DNA of 35,302 nt, taken from assembly GCA_950072105.1 (NCBI GenBank), contig CATMOE010000039.1, positions 1 through 35,302 of the forward strand, given 5' to 3'. The notes beneath the pieces are model-generated. The model had not been told where the DNA came from. It was given only the letters and a program-made list of their open reading frames with translations, and ran no database searches. Shown here in pieces: positions 17,670-27,766 of the stretch. Every line of letters begins with the position of its first letter. The stretch's first letter is position 1. The translations under genes were made by a program, and so were the position numbers. This DNA comes from an uncultured Dehalococcoidia bacterium. Lineage in GTDB: Bacteria > Chloroflexota > Dehalococcoidia > Lucifugimonadales > UBA3495.

Positions 17670-18731
17670 TTACGATGCCGTGACCAGAGACGCGGCTTCC
17701 ACGGCCTCGAGTGTTGGCTCTATCTCGGTGGTTTGGCTGACAACGCTCCTAACTGCGAGGTCCGGATCTTTCAGGCCGTTGCCCGTAAAGATACATACTA
17801 CTCGCTGTCCCTCCAGATTCAACCCCTGGCGGCACATCTTCACCAATCCGGCGAAGCTCGCCGCGGAGGCCGGCTCGCAGAAGATGCCCTCCTTCGACGC
17901 AATCATTCGATAGGCATCTAGAATCTCGTCGTCACTTACCATGTCGATGGTCCCCCCGGAACTGTCCCGGGCGTCCACGGCGCCCTGCCAACTGGCTGGA
18001 TTGCCGATGCGAATCGCTGACGCGATGGTCTGCGGATTGGCGATCGGCGCTCCCCGGACGATGGGCGCCGCCCCTTCCGCTTGGAATCCCATCATTTTCG
18101 GCAACCGAAGACTACGTCCCGCCGCTTGATACTCTAGGAATCCCCGCCAATAAGCGGTGATGTTGCCGGCGTTGCCAACGGGGATGAATAGGTAGTCTGG
18201 GGCGTCTCCCAGGGCTTCGATTATCTCGAAAGCGCCGGTCTTTTGCCCCTCCAACCGATGGGGATTCACCGAGTTGACCAGCGTCACCGAATGTTTGCAG
18301 GTGTAGGCTCGGGCAAGGGCCAGCGCCGAGTCGAAATTGCCGTTAATCATCAGTATCCTAGCCCCGTAGGCCATGGCCTGGGCTAATTTGCCCATGGCCA
18401 CCTCGCCTTTGGGGATCAACACCAAGACGGGCAGATCGCAATATGCACCATAGGCGGCGGCCGAAGCGCTGGTGTTGCCGGTGGACGCGCACATCACCGC
18501 CTTGCTGCCATCTTCCAGGGCCTTGGCAATGGCAACAACCATCCCACGGTCTTTGAAAGAGCCGGTGGGATTGCAGCCTTCTAGCTTGAAGTAGAGCTCG
18601 TCGCAGCCCAACTCTTTACCCAGCCGGTTGGACTTTACCAGCGGCGTATTGCCTTCCCCCATGGTTATTAGAGGAGTGGCATCAGTCACCGGCAGAAATT
18701 CCCTATAGGTTTCTAAGATTCCGGCGCCCAT
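17670..18731 (-). CDS. thrC: Threonine synthase
   Basis: [47 protein letters not shown]. Confidence 0.95.
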   Translation of the reverse strand: MGAGILETYREFLPVTDATPLITMGEGNTPLVKSNRLGKELGCDELYFKLEGCNPTGSFKDRGMVVAIAKALEDGSKAVMCASTGNTSASAAAYGAYCDLPVLVLIPKGEVAMGKLAQAMAYGARILMINGNFDSALALARAYTCKHSVTLVNSVNPHRLEGQKTGAFEIIEALGDAPDYLFIPVGNAGNITAYWRGFLEYQAAGRSLRLPKMMGFQAEGAAPIVRGAPIANPQTIASAIRIGNPASWQGAVDARDSSGGTIDMVSDDEILDAYRMIASKEGIFCEPASAASFAGLVKMCRQGLNLEGQRVVCIFTGNGLKDPDLAVRSVVSQTTEIEPTLEAVEAASLVTAS

Positions 18732-18865
18732 CTAATCCGTTCCACTGCTTATCACAAACGTTCCGGTCTCAGTTTTGGCTTGAGTATCACCAGCGCTCTT
18801 TGGAAACCCGCGCGGGTTGATCTCTTTTATTCGGAGTATCGGGTTGAATATTAGAATCGCGGAGC

Positions 18866-20191
18866 CTATTCCTCGATCCTGAGCAGATTATTTACTTCTT
18901 TGACGACGTTCAATTCTACTACTTTCCGCAGCGATTCTTGGACTGAGGCTTCCAATGCCGGATGGGTGATGATAACTAGTTCCGCCGACTGGTTGTCTGG
19001 GTCGGCGTCCTTCTGAATCACCGAGGCTATGCTGATTTTGCCATCACCCAGAATCTGAGCGATCTGGGCCAAGACACCGGGTTGGTCGGACACGTTTAGC
19101 CTCAGGTAGTATTTGCTCTGCAGTCCGTCGATGGAGGATACGCCGATAGTCTCTTCGGAAGACCCATTCTCCGGCGGCCAAGACATGGGCGGGGACGAAC
19201 CATTTGGATGGGACACCAATCTCCGGCCGGCCTCGATCAGGTCTCCCAACACGGCGCTTGTTGTCGGCTCTCGCCCGGCCCCCATGCCGTGGAACAGCAC
19301 ATTGCCGCAGAGGGACCCCGTAACTTCCACCGCGTTGTAAACGCCATCTACCTTGGCCAGCATGTGCCCCAGAGGAATCAGGGCCGGATGCACTCTGGCC
19401 TGCACGGCGCCGTTGGACATGGATGCGATGGCCAATGGCTTGATGGCGTATCCTAATTCCTGGGCGTATTGGAAGTCCTTGGCTTCTAACGAAGAGATAC
19501 CCTGAAGGAAGATGTCCTCCGGGTTGAAGCGGCGGTGAAAGGCCAAAGAAGCCAAGATCGCCAGTTTGTATCCGGCGTCAATGCCTTCTATGTCGTTGGT
19601 GGGGTCGGCCTCGGCGTAGCCAAGTTCCTGGGCTTCTTGCAGCGCTTGGGCGAAACTTGTGTGGGCCTGGGCCATGCGGGTGAGGATGTAGTTGGTGGTC
19701 CCGTTGATGATGCCGTGGACGGACTGGATGTCGTTGGCGAGGAGTTGATTCATCAAGCAGCCGACGATGGGTATCCCACCGCCGACGCTGGCCTCAAATA
19801 ATAGACTAACACCGTTCTGTTTGGCCAGGGACATCAACTCGGGGCCGGACTTGGCCAACACCTCTTTGTTGGCCGTGACGACATGCTTGCCGGCGGCAAG
19901 AGCGTCCTTTAGGAAGCGGGTGGCCGGGTCGGTCCCGCCAATCACCTCCGCCAAGATATGGATCCCGGGGTCGGCTAGAATCTCTTCCGGGTTGGTGGTT
20001 ATCAGGCTGGCGGCAATGCCGGGGTCCCTGGGTTTAGCGGCGTCCCGGACAAGAATCTTCTTGAGTTTGACACGCCGGCCTACTTTTCTGGAAATATCGT
20101 CAGATTGCTCCAACAGGGCCGTGGCGACACCGCCTCCGACGACACCGAGGCCCAACAATCCAACGTTGATATCATCGGATTCTTCTACCAT
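18866..20191 (-). CDS. hom: Homoserine dehydrogenase with C-terminal ACT domain
   Basis: GLGVVG, VTANK, FEASVGGGIP, NGTTNYIL, GYAEADPTNDIEG, DQPGVLA. Confidence 0.95.
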   Translation of the reverse strand: MVEESDDINVGLLGLGVVGGGVATALLEQSDDISRKVGRRVKLKKILVRDAAKPRDPGIAASLITTNPEEILADPGIHILAEVIGGTDPATRFLKDALAAGKHVVTANKEVLAKSGPELMSLAKQNGVSLLFEASVGGGIPIVGCLMNQLLANDIQSVHGIINGTTNYILTRMAQAHTSFAQALQEAQELGYAEADPTNDIEGIDAGYKLAILASLAFHRRFNPEDIFLQGISSLEAKDFQYAQELGYAIKPLAIASMSNGAVQARVHPALIPLGHMLAKVDGVYNAVEVTGSLCGNVLFHGMGAGREPTTSAVLGDLIEAGRRLVSHPNGSSPPMSWPPENGSSEETIGVSSIDGLQSKYYLRLNVSDQPGVLAQIAQILGDGKISIASVIQKDADPDNQSAELVIITHPALEASVQESLRKVVELNVVKEVNNLLRIEE

Positions 20192-20195
20192 CCGG

Positions 20196-21398
20196 CTACC
20201 TTGGCCCCCCCGGAAAGCCCTGACCTCCGGGCGCCCCTTGGCCGGGGGCTCCCTGCTGTCCGGGATCTCCCCTGGGGGCGCTCAACCGAACTTGGTCCGC
20301 GACCCATGCGTACCATTTGCTGTTGAAATTCATTCTGAGCCAACCTGCATTGGCTCCCCTTATTTGCTCATCGGTTTGCCATTTAGTAACCAGTTCAACG
20401 TTCAGCTTGTTTCGCATTTGGTTGGAGAAATCCCGGTCTGTGGGACCGGTGAGCAGGCGTACGATGTATATGCCGTTCTGGGTGAAGATCGGGCCGCTTA
20501 TCTCGCCGACCTCCAGAGGCGGTATATCCCTCTCTTCGTCACCGAACAATGCGCCATCCAACTCTGGGAAGGCTCCTTTGGGTACCCAACCTACGTAGCC
20601 CGTTCGATCGGCAAAACCCGCAGGAACCCCAACCTCTCCGGCTACTTTGATGAAATCTTCTCCGCCTCCGGTTTTTTCAGTGCCCAGTCTGGCCCTGACT
20701 GCTCCGACGTCGATTCTTCCTTCGATTTCGGTTCTGATCCATTCCACCTCTACCTGCTCGGTGGTTTCAGGGATCGTTCGACCCAACATCAGCCCCAATT
20801 GCTGCAACGCTATCTGCTCTTGGACAATCACACGGAAATCCGCGTCTGCCAAACCGGTGCGGGCCAAAAATATTTGGTAATTGTTCTGGAACTCCTGATC
20901 CAATTGCCCAGGGTCGGATTCCTGTCCTTCGGGCACAGAGGGATAAAACTGGGATTTTATTACCCCGTCTATGTCTTCGTCGGTCAGTCTGAACCCTAGA
21001 TCGGGCGCCGCCTGCCGCAGGACCTCGGCGTTTAGCAGGTCGCGTAGGTATTCGAAAGGTACGGTACTGAGGTCGACCTGCCCGCTGAGCCCCTGGAGGA
21101 CGCGGATGCGCTCCACCAGGTCGCCCATCTTGAACTCTTGATCACGCACGCTGCCAGCCCAAACCCTGGGCGGCCGGTAAAACTCTTGATAAAAACCGAA
21201 TACAACGATGCCGATAACCAGAACCAGAAGGCCGGAGCCGATTCCCCAGGCCAACTTTTCATGGCGCTTTTCACGGGTTGAGCGCGAGCTTTCGGCCCGG
21301 GCTTCTTCTTGTCGTGCTCGCCGTCCTCTTGCCCGGCGGCGGGCATCTGCTGGGGCAGTCTGGTCTTGACCGTCGCCGCGGTTCCAAGGGAAGGCCAT
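20196..21398 (-). CDS. Membrane-anchored SurA/PrsA-like chaperone with degenerate PpiC domain
   Basis: Basic N-terminus, single TM, helical region, then GYVGWVPKG..PELDGALF..LEVGEISGPIFTQNGIYIVRL. Confidence 0.75.
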   Translation of the reverse strand: MAFPWNRGDGQDQTAPADARRRARGRRARQEEARAESSRSTREKRHEKLAWGIGSGLLVLVIGIVVFGFYQEFYRPPRVWAGSVRDQEFKMGDLVERIRVLQGLSGQVDLSTVPFEYLRDLLNAEVLRQAAPDLGFRLTDEDIDGVIKSQFYPSVPEGQESDPGQLDQEFQNNYQIFLARTGLADADFRVIVQEQIALQQLGLMLGRTIPETTEQVEVEWIRTEIEGRIDVGAVRARLGTEKTGGGEDFIKVAGEVGVPAGFADRTGYVGWVPKGAFPELDGALFGDEERDIPPLEVGEISGPIFTQNGIYIVRLLTGPTDRDFSNQMRNKLNVELVTKWQTDEQIRGANAGWLRMNFNSKWYAWVADQVRLSAPRGDPGQQGAPGQGAPGGQGFPGGPR

Positions 21399-21503
21399 AA
21401 ATGTTCCTCACGGATTCGGGTAGCAGAACAGCGGTAGAGCCGCCACCAATGGAGACCCACCCCGCTATGATTACTCTGGCTTAAAGAGACGACTCTGCCT
21501 GAT

Positions 21504-21890
21504 CTAACGTCTCATTGCCCCAACGGTGGGGACGTAAGGCACGAAGGGGACCAACGCGATGTGCCGGGCTCGCTGGATCGCCAGCCGCAGGGCTCGCTGG
21601 TGTTTGGCGCAGACTCCGGAACGGCGCCGGGGTTCTATCTTCGCCCGGTCGGAAATAAACCGGCGAATGCGGTCGACGTCCTTGTAGTCGATCGTTTTCA
21701 CGTGGTCAACGCAGAACGAGCATACCTTTCGCCTAGGAGCATATCTTCCGCGAGGGCGTCCACCGCCGGGACGCCCACCAGGACGTCCGCCGGGGCCGCC
21801 GGTTCTGGCCGGACCTCGGCTCGGTCCTCCGGCTGGAGGAGCACCTGCAGGGGCAGCGGCGGGGGCGGGGCGTGGCGCTTCGGTGGTCAT
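21504..21890 (-). CDS. rpsR: 30S ribosomal protein S18 (Zn-binding type) with Pro/Gly/Arg-rich N-terminal extension
   Basis: [35 protein letters not shown]. Confidence 0.95.
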   Translation of the reverse strand: MTTEAPRPAPAAAPAGAPPAGGPSRGPARTGGPGGRPGGRPGGGRPRGRYAPRRKVCSFCVDHVKTIDYKDVDRIRRFISDRAKIEPRRRSGVCAKHQRALRLAIQRARHIALVPFVPYVPTVGAMRR

Positions 21891-21923
21891 ATCAGTCCAT
21901 TTCCTTTATCAGATTCTTGTTGT

Positions 21924-22349
21924 CTAGAACGGCAGGTCGTCAACGTCTTCCATGGGTGGGCCTTCATCGCCCATCCCGCCGGGGCCAGGGCCTGGCGCGT
22001 AACCGCTCGCTTCCCCTCCCATGTCAGATCCCCGGCTCAAAAATTGCACGTCGGTCAAGTTAATTTCGTTGACAAACCGGGTTTGACCGTCCCGAGTTTC
22101 GTACGTCCGGGAATGGAGACGGCCTTCCACGTAGACTTGTTGGCCTTTGGTCAGATATTGGTTGCACAGCTCCGCATGGCGTCCCCAGGCGCTGACGTTG
22201 AACCACTCTGTCTCCTCACGCTGCTCGCCTGCGGCGGTGGTGTACTTACGATTGGAGGCTATACTGAAGGAAGTGACGCTCTGGCCGTTGGGGGTGTAGC
22301 GCATCTCCGGGTCCCGCCCCAGGTTGCCTATGACGATGATCTTATTCAA
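21924..22349 (-). CDS. ssb: Single-stranded DNA-binding protein
   Basis: NKIIVIGNLGRDPEMRYT, ETEWF, VYVEGRL, C-terminal DDLPF; TTG start. Confidence 0.97.
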   Translation of the reverse strand: MNKIIVIGNLGRDPEMRYTPNGQSVTSFSIASNRKYTTAAGEQREETEWFNVSAWGRHAELCNQYLTKGQQVYVEGRLHSRTYETRDGQTRFVNEINLTDVQFLSRGSDMGGEASGYAPGPGPGGMGDEGPPMEDVDDLPF

Positions 22350-22366
22350 CTCAGCCCCCCTTGCCC

Positions 22367-22996
22367 TTACGTTTTTTCAGGCTCGTCCTCCGGCGCATCG
22401 TCCACCGTTTCATCAGCCGGAGTTGGAGTTTCTTCGACAGTCTCTTCAACTACGTCGGTGGCTTCTTCCGGGGTTTCTTCGGCCACGGCGGGAGCGTCTT
22501 CGACAGTCTCTTCAACTACGTCGGTGGCCTCTTCCGGGGTTTCTTCGGCCACGGCAGGAGCGTCTTCTACGACATTATCAGTTGCATCCGTGGTTGCTAC
22601 AGCAGGTTCCTCGGCCACCAAGGGAGGCTCTTCGGGGACCTGGACCTCTTCAACGACGGGCGGAGCTGTCACGGCGGGCGTCTCGGAAACGGGCTTGGGA
22701 GGATCTCCGACCACGACCATAGACCTTAGCACTTGCTCGTCCTGGCGGAGGAAGGTCTCTAATTCCTGATTAAAGGGGGTTTCAGTGCTGAAACGAGTCA
22801 GGTGATAGGTTCCTTCCAGAAAATGGTGAGAGCCTTTGCGGATGGAGTACGCAAGCCGCCGGGTACCCCAGGTTTCTTCATGGAAGATTTCGCCGTCGCG
22901 GTTGTTGATGAATCCTTTTATCCGTCCCCAAGTGTCCACGGCTTGGTCTTGGTTCAACATGGGGCTCAAAATGACAACAAGTTCGTAGTGGCGCAA
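22367..22996 (-). CDS. rpsF: 30S ribosomal protein S6 with long acidic C-terminal tail
   Basis: RHYELVVILSP, WGTRRLAYSI, VLRSMVV; rpsF-ssb-rpsR synteny; TTG start. Confidence 0.95.
   Translation of the reverse strand: MRHYELVVILSPMLNQDQAVDTWGRIKGFINNRDGEIFHEETWGTRRLAYSIRKGSHHFLEGTYHLTRFSTETPFNQELETFLRQDEQVLRSMVVVGDPPKPVSETPAVTAPPVVEEVQVPEEPPLVAEEPAVATTDATDNVVEDAPAVAEETPEEATDVVEETVEDAPAVAEETPEEATDVVEETVEETPTPADETVDDAPEDEPEKT
22431..22567. repeat. 66-bp tandem duplication inside rpsF (22-aa repeat)
   Basis: Units 22431-22496 and 22497-22562 differ at two positions; they encode DAPAVAEETPEEATDVVEETVE twice. Confidence 0.92.
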
Positions 22997-23041
22997 AGAA
23001 CACTCCTAGAGAATTGAGTCGGGAATTAAATAAGTAATAGG

Positions 23042-23070
23042 ATTATAGCATCGGGGGCTGGGCTGCTCAA
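23042..23070 (-). promoter_or_regulatory. Sigma70 promoter of rpsF-ssb-rpsR
   Basis: TTGAGC-17-TATAAT with extended -10 TG. Confidence 0.7.
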
Positions 23071-24315
23071 CTATAAGTCCAGCCCAGGCACAAGGAAACC
23101 TGAGGTTAGCTCCTTCACTTGCCCGGCTACTTCTTTCTGAACGGATTGGTTGTCCACATTGGTGAGCACTTTGACTATCATACCCGCCACTTGCTTGACG
23201 GCCTCTTCGTCAAAGCCACGGGAGGTTATCGCAGGCGCTCCCAAGCGCAGACCGCTGGTCACCCGTGGGGGCTTGGTATCGAAGGGAATGGCGTTTTTGT
23301 TGGTGACTATCCCTACCTTTTCCAAGGCTGTTTCCGCCGCCTGCCCCGTGATATCCAGGGGGGTGAGGTCCACCAAGACCAGGTGATTATCGGTCCCGCC
23401 GGAGACCAGCCGCAGCCCGGCTTCGGAAAGCTCTTGGGCCAGGGTGCGGCAGTTTGCGACGACCTGGGCGGCGTATCGGCTAAATTCGGGCGTGAGGGCT
23501 TCCCCAAAGCATACCGCTTTGGCCGCGATGACGTGCATCAAAGGCCCTCCCTGGGCGTTGGGGAATACGGCCGAGTCTATTTTTCTGGCCAATCCGCTGG
23601 TGGACAGGACGAAGCCGCCACGGGGACCGCGGAGGCTTTTCTGAGTGGTGGAGGTCACGATCTGAGCGTGAGGCACCGGCGATGGGTGGACTCCTCCCGC
23701 GACCAATCCGGCTATGTGCGCCATGTCAACCATCAATGGAGCGTCCACCGAATCGGCGATCGCCCGAAAACGAGGGAAATCGATCGTCCGCGAATAGGAG
23801 CTGCATCCGGTGACTATGAGCGCGGGCCGGTGCTCCTTGGCTAGCCGCTCCACCTCGTCGTAATCGATGGTCTCGGTCTCCCGGTCCACGCCATAGGGCA
23901 CGAAGTCGTAGAGCTTACCGGAAAAGTTGACCCCGGATCCGTGGGTCAGGTGACCGCCGTGGTCCAATTGCATCCCCATTACCTTGTCGCCGGGTTGTAG
24001 CAGGGCGAAATAGGCGGCCATATTGGCTTGAGCTCCGCTATGAGGTTGGACGTTAACGTGTTCGGCGCCAAACAGCTCCCCGGCCCGTTGGATCGCCAGG
24101 GACTCCACCACGTCCACGTATTCGCATCCGCCATAGTAGCGACGGCCCGGATACCCTTCAGCGTACTTGTTGTTCATGACGCTGGATTGGACTTCCAGCA
24201 CCGCCCGGCTGGCGTAATTTTCCGATGCGATCAACACGATGCAGTCGCGTTGGCGCTGGTCTTCTTGCCGCAGGGCTTCGGCTATCGCAGGGTCCTTTTC
24301 CCCTATGGTCGTCAT
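23071..24315 (-). CDS. glyA: Serine hydroxymethyltransferase
   Basis: [53 protein letters not shown] at 24315 after GGAGG. Confidence 0.97.
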   Translation of the reverse strand: MTTIGEKDPAIAEALRQEDQRQRDCIVLIASENYASRAVLEVQSSVMNNKYAEGYPGRRYYGGCEYVDVVESLAIQRAGELFGAEHVNVQPHSGAQANMAAYFALLQPGDKVMGMQLDHGGHLTHGSGVNFSGKLYDFVPYGVDRETETIDYDEVERLAKEHRPALIVTGCSSYSRTIDFPRFRAIADSVDAPLMVDMAHIAGLVAGGVHPSPVPHAQIVTSTTQKSLRGPRGGFVLSTSGLARKIDSAVFPNAQGGPLMHVIAAKAVCFGEALTPEFSRYAAQVVANCRTLAQELSEAGLRLVSGGTDNHLVLVDLTPLDITGQAAETALEKVGIVTNKNAIPFDTKPPRVTSGLRLGAPAITSRGFDEEAVKQVAGMIVKVLTNVDNQSVQKEVAGQVKELTSGFLVPGLDL

Positions 24316-24428
24316 TTCGCCTCCTGCCAATCGTTTTGAACACGCGGGCGCCGCTGTAGAGGGGTTAAACGATGGCTGGTAAAGATCAATTTTGCCAGGT
24401 GTATCTGCCTGAAAATGGGGCTAGGGTT

Positions 24429-24458
24429 AGTGTACCGCCCGGCCCAATTTTGTGTCAA
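24429..24458 (-). promoter_or_regulatory. glyA promoter
   Basis: TTGACA-18-TACACT on the minus strand. Confidence 0.6.
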
Positions 24459-24489
24459 CGAAGCTGTGCTCGCAGGGCGAGGCTCCAAA

Positions 24490-24518
24490 TTGCACGCATT
24501 CTGTCCGTCGTGTAGAGT
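24490..24518 (+). promoter_or_regulatory. Promoter for the methyltransferase-GNAT pair
   Basis: TTGCAC-17-TAGAGT. Confidence 0.45.
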
Positions 24519-24539
24519 TAACCTCAGTTAAGTAGAGGT

Positions 24540-25130
24540 GTGCCTGTGACTTCCCAGACCGGACCATCGGACAATCAAGAATTTATACGTCAATTGCTGA
24601 GCCCGGAACGAGCCGAAACTTCGGACCCCATTTTTATCCTGAGTCTTAGTCCCATAAATGCCTACGACACTGTGGCCGACATAGGCTGTGGTCCCGGATA
24701 CTTCACGCTGCCCCTTGCCAAAGCCCTGGTGCGCGGCAAAGTACTGGCGTTGGACCTGGATGACGAAATGTTGGCCGCATGCCGGGAGCGGGTGGCTGAG
24801 GCAAGGTTGGGCAACGTGGAGATACTGAAATGCTCCGAGTTCGAGTTTCCCATCGAGGCGGGGGCGGTCGACGGAGTGTTTCTGGCTTTCGTGATCCAGG
24901 CAAGCCCGGACAAGGGCCGTTTCCTAGAGGCGGTACGAGAGGTGCTTCAACCCAGGGGCTGGTGTTCGGTACTTGAATGGTATCGAAAGGAGACCGAAAT
25001 GGGGCCTCCTCTGGAGCGCCGCATCGACCCCGGTGAGTTGGAAGTGATGACGCGTGAGGCCGGATTTCGCACTATGGGTTGGCGGGACCTGAACGGCGAT
25101 CAGTACATGATGACTCTGCGGAATACCTGA
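24540..25130 (+). CDS. Class I SAM-dependent methyltransferase
   Basis: VADIGCGPG, VLALDLD, VLQPRG, EW..GPPLERRI. Confidence 0.88.
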   Translation: MPVTSQTGPSDNQEFIRQLLSPERAETSDPIFILSLSPINAYDTVADIGCGPGYFTLPLAKALVRGKVLALDLDDEMLAACRERVAEARLGNVEILKCSEFEFPIEAGAVDGVFLAFVIQASPDKGRFLEAVREVLQPRGWCSVLEWYRKETEMGPPLERRIDPGELEVMTREAGFRTMGWRDLNGDQYMMTLRNT

Positions 25131-25145
25131 CATTAGCGCCTCAGT

Positions 25146-25694
25146 ATGCTGATCGACGTTACGACGTACCATTTAGAGATCACCGACCCGAGTGACCTCC
25201 GTCCAAAACCTAACCCGCTTCAGGATCTTGAAATCAAGCTGGTTGGGCAGCCGTCTCCGGAATTCAACAGATTCTTGTATACCGCGGTTGGGGGTGACTG
25301 GTACTGGGTCGACCGGTTGTCTTGGACCTATCGTCAATGGCAAGAGTTGGTGGACCGCCCAAAGTTTCAGACGTGGGTGGCCTACGTCTCCGGGAGTCCA
25401 GCCGGCTATTTCGAACTGGATGGCCAGCCCGAGAGCAGCGTGGAAATTAAGAGCTTCGGCCTGCTACCTCAGTACATAGGCCGGGGTCTGGGCGGACATT
25501 TTTTGAGCGTGGCATTGGAAAAAGGATGGCAGACGGGGGCGTCTCGCGTATGGCTCCACACCTGCACCCTGGACCACCCAACCGCGTTGTCGAATTACCG
25601 GGCCAGAGGGATGCGGGTGTTTCGCGAGGTTACCGCCACGGAAGACCTACCCGGCACTACGCCGGGACCGTGGCCCGGCGCGCAGCATATCTAG
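25146..25694 (+). CDS. GNAT family N-acetyltransferase
   Basis: AGYFEL, FGLLPQYIGRGLGG, VWLHTCTLDHPTALSNYRARG. Confidence 0.88.
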   Translation: MLIDVTTYHLEITDPSDLRPKPNPLQDLEIKLVGQPSPEFNRFLYTAVGGDWYWVDRLSWTYRQWQELVDRPKFQTWVAYVSGSPAGYFELDGQPESSVEIKSFGLLPQYIGRGLGGHFLSVALEKGWQTGASRVWLHTCTLDHPTALSNYRARGMRVFREVTATEDLPGTTPGPWPGAQHI

Positions 25695-25700
25695 CAAGCC

Positions 25701-27521
25701 TTATCCCTCCGCCGGGACCACCGGCAATATCAGATGGGAAGGGTGCTGGGCGTCGTGGTACACGCTGTTTTGCGCGGAGACTTTAACGGAGGACAGGGCC
25801 GGGTTCTCCCCGGTGTTGCCGTTGACGTCGAAGCGGGGAAAGTTGCTGGAGGAGATGTCCAACCGGATACGGTGTCCCCTGGCGAACAGGTTGCTGGTGG
25901 GATAAAGGCGAATGGTGATTGGATAGACCTTCCCAGGCTCCAAAAGTTCGGGCTCGGACCATGAAGAGTGGAACTTGGCCCGCAGGATGCCGTCGGTCAG
26001 ATTCAGGGCGTATCCTTCAGGATAGTCAGAAGATGGCGGATAAACGTCCAGCAGCTTTGCAGTGAAGTCCGTGTCCAGCGCGGACGAAGATATCCAGAGC
26101 TGGGCGCTGACCGGTCCGGTTGCTTCCAGGTCTTCGGTTAGCGGCTCGGTTTGGAACACCAAGACATCGGGCCGAGTGGCCAAGGGCATGTACGGAGGCC
26201 GACTTCCGTAGAACTCAGCAGTTTCCCGCTGGTCGTAACCTCCAGGCTCCATGACCGGTCGTCCCGAGGAGATGTTTCCGCCTATCGTCGGCACCGGATA
26301 GTTGGGGTCGAACAGATAGCGTGACGGCGAGAATTCGCCTTGGGGAGACTGTTGGGAAAGACGGCCATCGGGTTGCAGAAACAACGGGGTTTCTTTTGCC
26401 CGATGCAACGGCCACTCCTGTTCCTCTCGCCACCGGCCGCCGTGATCCAGCCGTCCCTGGGGGTTGCGCTTGCCGCTTCCGCCGCCCATCACGAATATCT
26501 TGACCGGCGAGTCCTGCCCCGATTCGCTTTGGATATCTTTCAACCAGCGGTCGAAGTAACGCAGGCGCAGATGGTTGAAGTCGGGGGCCAGATTGTTGTC
26601 CACCGTGGAATGGGCGCCGAAATCCACATCGCCGGAAAATGAGACGGAACGGGCGCCATGGGTCCAAGGTCCCATGAGCAGGCTTACCGGCCCGGCCTTA
26701 GTCTTGGAAAGGGCAGCAAAGTTGTCGGTGGTCGTGCGAGTGTAGGAGTCGTACCACGCGCCCATGTGCATCTGGGGTACGGCGGAGAAGTCGGAGTAGT
26801 AGGCCTCGGCGCACAGGCCGGACTGTTGCCAGTACTCACCGAAGTTCTCCTGGCTCCATATCTCCATGAGGTAACTTTCGTAATCGGGTGTCCAACGCAG
26901 CGGAGAGTGGTCCTTCTTCCAGGGCATGCGTTGCAACCATTCGTGGATGTCCTGGTTCTCCAGCGCCGCCTTGGTAACCGCCGGGTCGGCTTTGGCCTCC
27001 GAGCTTTGCATGGCCTCACGGAAGGCCCACGTAACCTGCCGAAGCTCGAACGCGCCGCCGTTGCGGCAACCGCTCTGAAACGCGTTGGAAAATCCCCCGC
27101 AATCCAGCCACATGGCGGCCAGGTGGGGCGGGTTCAAACAAGCCAGAGCCGCTTGGGTATGCGCCGCATAGGATAAACCGAAGGTGCCGACCTTGCCGTT
27201 GCACCAAGACTGCTGAGCCAGCCACTCCACCGTGTCGTAGCCGTCCCTGGCGTCGTCCACGTATTTGGAAAACCCGCCTTCGGACTCGAACCGGCCCCGG
27301 CAATCCTGCATCACGGTAACGTATCCGTTGGAGGCGAAGAAAGTCGCTTCCTCGATCCGGGCTTCGGAAGCCTTGTTGTATGGGGTACGCTGCAACAGAA
27401 CGGGCAAGGCCCCCTCGATGATCTCGCCACCGCTGGCCGGACGATGCACGTCGGCCGCCAACACCACCCCGTCCCGCATCGGGACCTGGACGTTATGCTC
27501 AACTTGTACTTGGTAAATCAC
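25701..27521 (-). CDS. CocE/NonD family hydrolase
   Basis: VPMRDGVVLAAD, RTPY, QDCRGRFESEG, GLSYAA, GAWYD, GPWTHG, SSSNFPRFDVN; likely GTG start at 27521. Confidence 0.9.
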   Translation of the reverse strand: MIYQVQVEHNVQVPMRDGVVLAADVHRPASGGEIIEGALPVLLQRTPYNKASEARIEEATFFASNGYVTVMQDCRGRFESEGGFSKYVDDARDGYDTVEWLAQQSWCNGKVGTFGLSYAAHTQAALACLNPPHLAAMWLDCGGFSNAFQSGCRNGGAFELRQVTWAFREAMQSSEAKADPAVTKAALENQDIHEWLQRMPWKKDHSPLRWTPDYESYLMEIWSQENFGEYWQQSGLCAEAYYSDFSAVPQMHMGAWYDSYTRTTTDNFAALSKTKAGPVSLLMGPWTHGARSVSFSGDVDFGAHSTVDNNLAPDFNHLRLRYFDRWLKDIQSESGQDSPVKIFVMGGGSGKRNPQGRLDHGGRWREEQEWPLHRAKETPLFLQPDGRLSQQSPQGEFSPSRYLFDPNYPVPTIGGNISSGRPVMEPGGYDQRETAEFYGSRPPYMPLATRPDVLVFQTEPLTEDLEATGPVSAQLWISSSALDTDFTAKLLDVYPPSSDYPEGYALNLTDGILRAKFHSSWSEPELLEPGKVYPITIRLYPTSNLFARGHRIRLDISSSNFPRFDVNGNTGENPALSSVKVSAQNSVYHDAQHPSHLILPVVPAEG

Positions 27522-27578
27522 AGAATCTTCGCCTCGCCTACCGGATCCAAGAAATATGTCACGCTGCAATAGCAACCT

Positions 27579-27607
27579 ATTCTAGGCATCGGACAGTAAC
27601 GGTGCAA
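27579..27607 (-). promoter_or_regulatory. Promoter of the CocE/NonD gene
   Basis: TTGCAC-17-TAGAAT on the minus strand. Confidence 0.55.
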
Positions 27608-27639
27608 CCGTTCGTCTCATCCGTCCAATGCTGATACCG

Positions 27640-27669
27640 TTGACACCCAAAACAAGTCGAGACTATAGT
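27640..27669 (+). promoter_or_regulatory. trxB promoter
   Basis: TTGACA-18-TATAGT. Confidence 0.55.
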
Positions 27670-27766
27670 AAAATTTCAGAAGCAAACACCGCCCGGTCCG
27701 CAATTGACATGACTGAAATGGGCTAGGGATGGAATCTAACGTGTGGTGTGTTTAGGAGGTTCCGAT

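Noticed and set aside
22431..22567. Direct repeats as a possible CRISPR array
   Set aside because: Contiguous in-frame coding duplication with no spacers and no cas genes.
19767..22769. Long plus-strand ORFs (410 aa and 402 aa)
   Set aside because: Antisense shadows of hom/SurA-like and rpsF-ssb-rpsR in GC-rich DNA, with no recognisable motifs.
24316..24428. Riboswitch in the glyA leader
   Set aside because: I could not recognise glycine, ZTP or THF aptamer consensus motifs.
25128..25145. TGA ending the methyltransferase as possible Sec
   Set aside because: An in-frame TAG follows two codons later, the protein looks complete, and there is no Cys-type motif.
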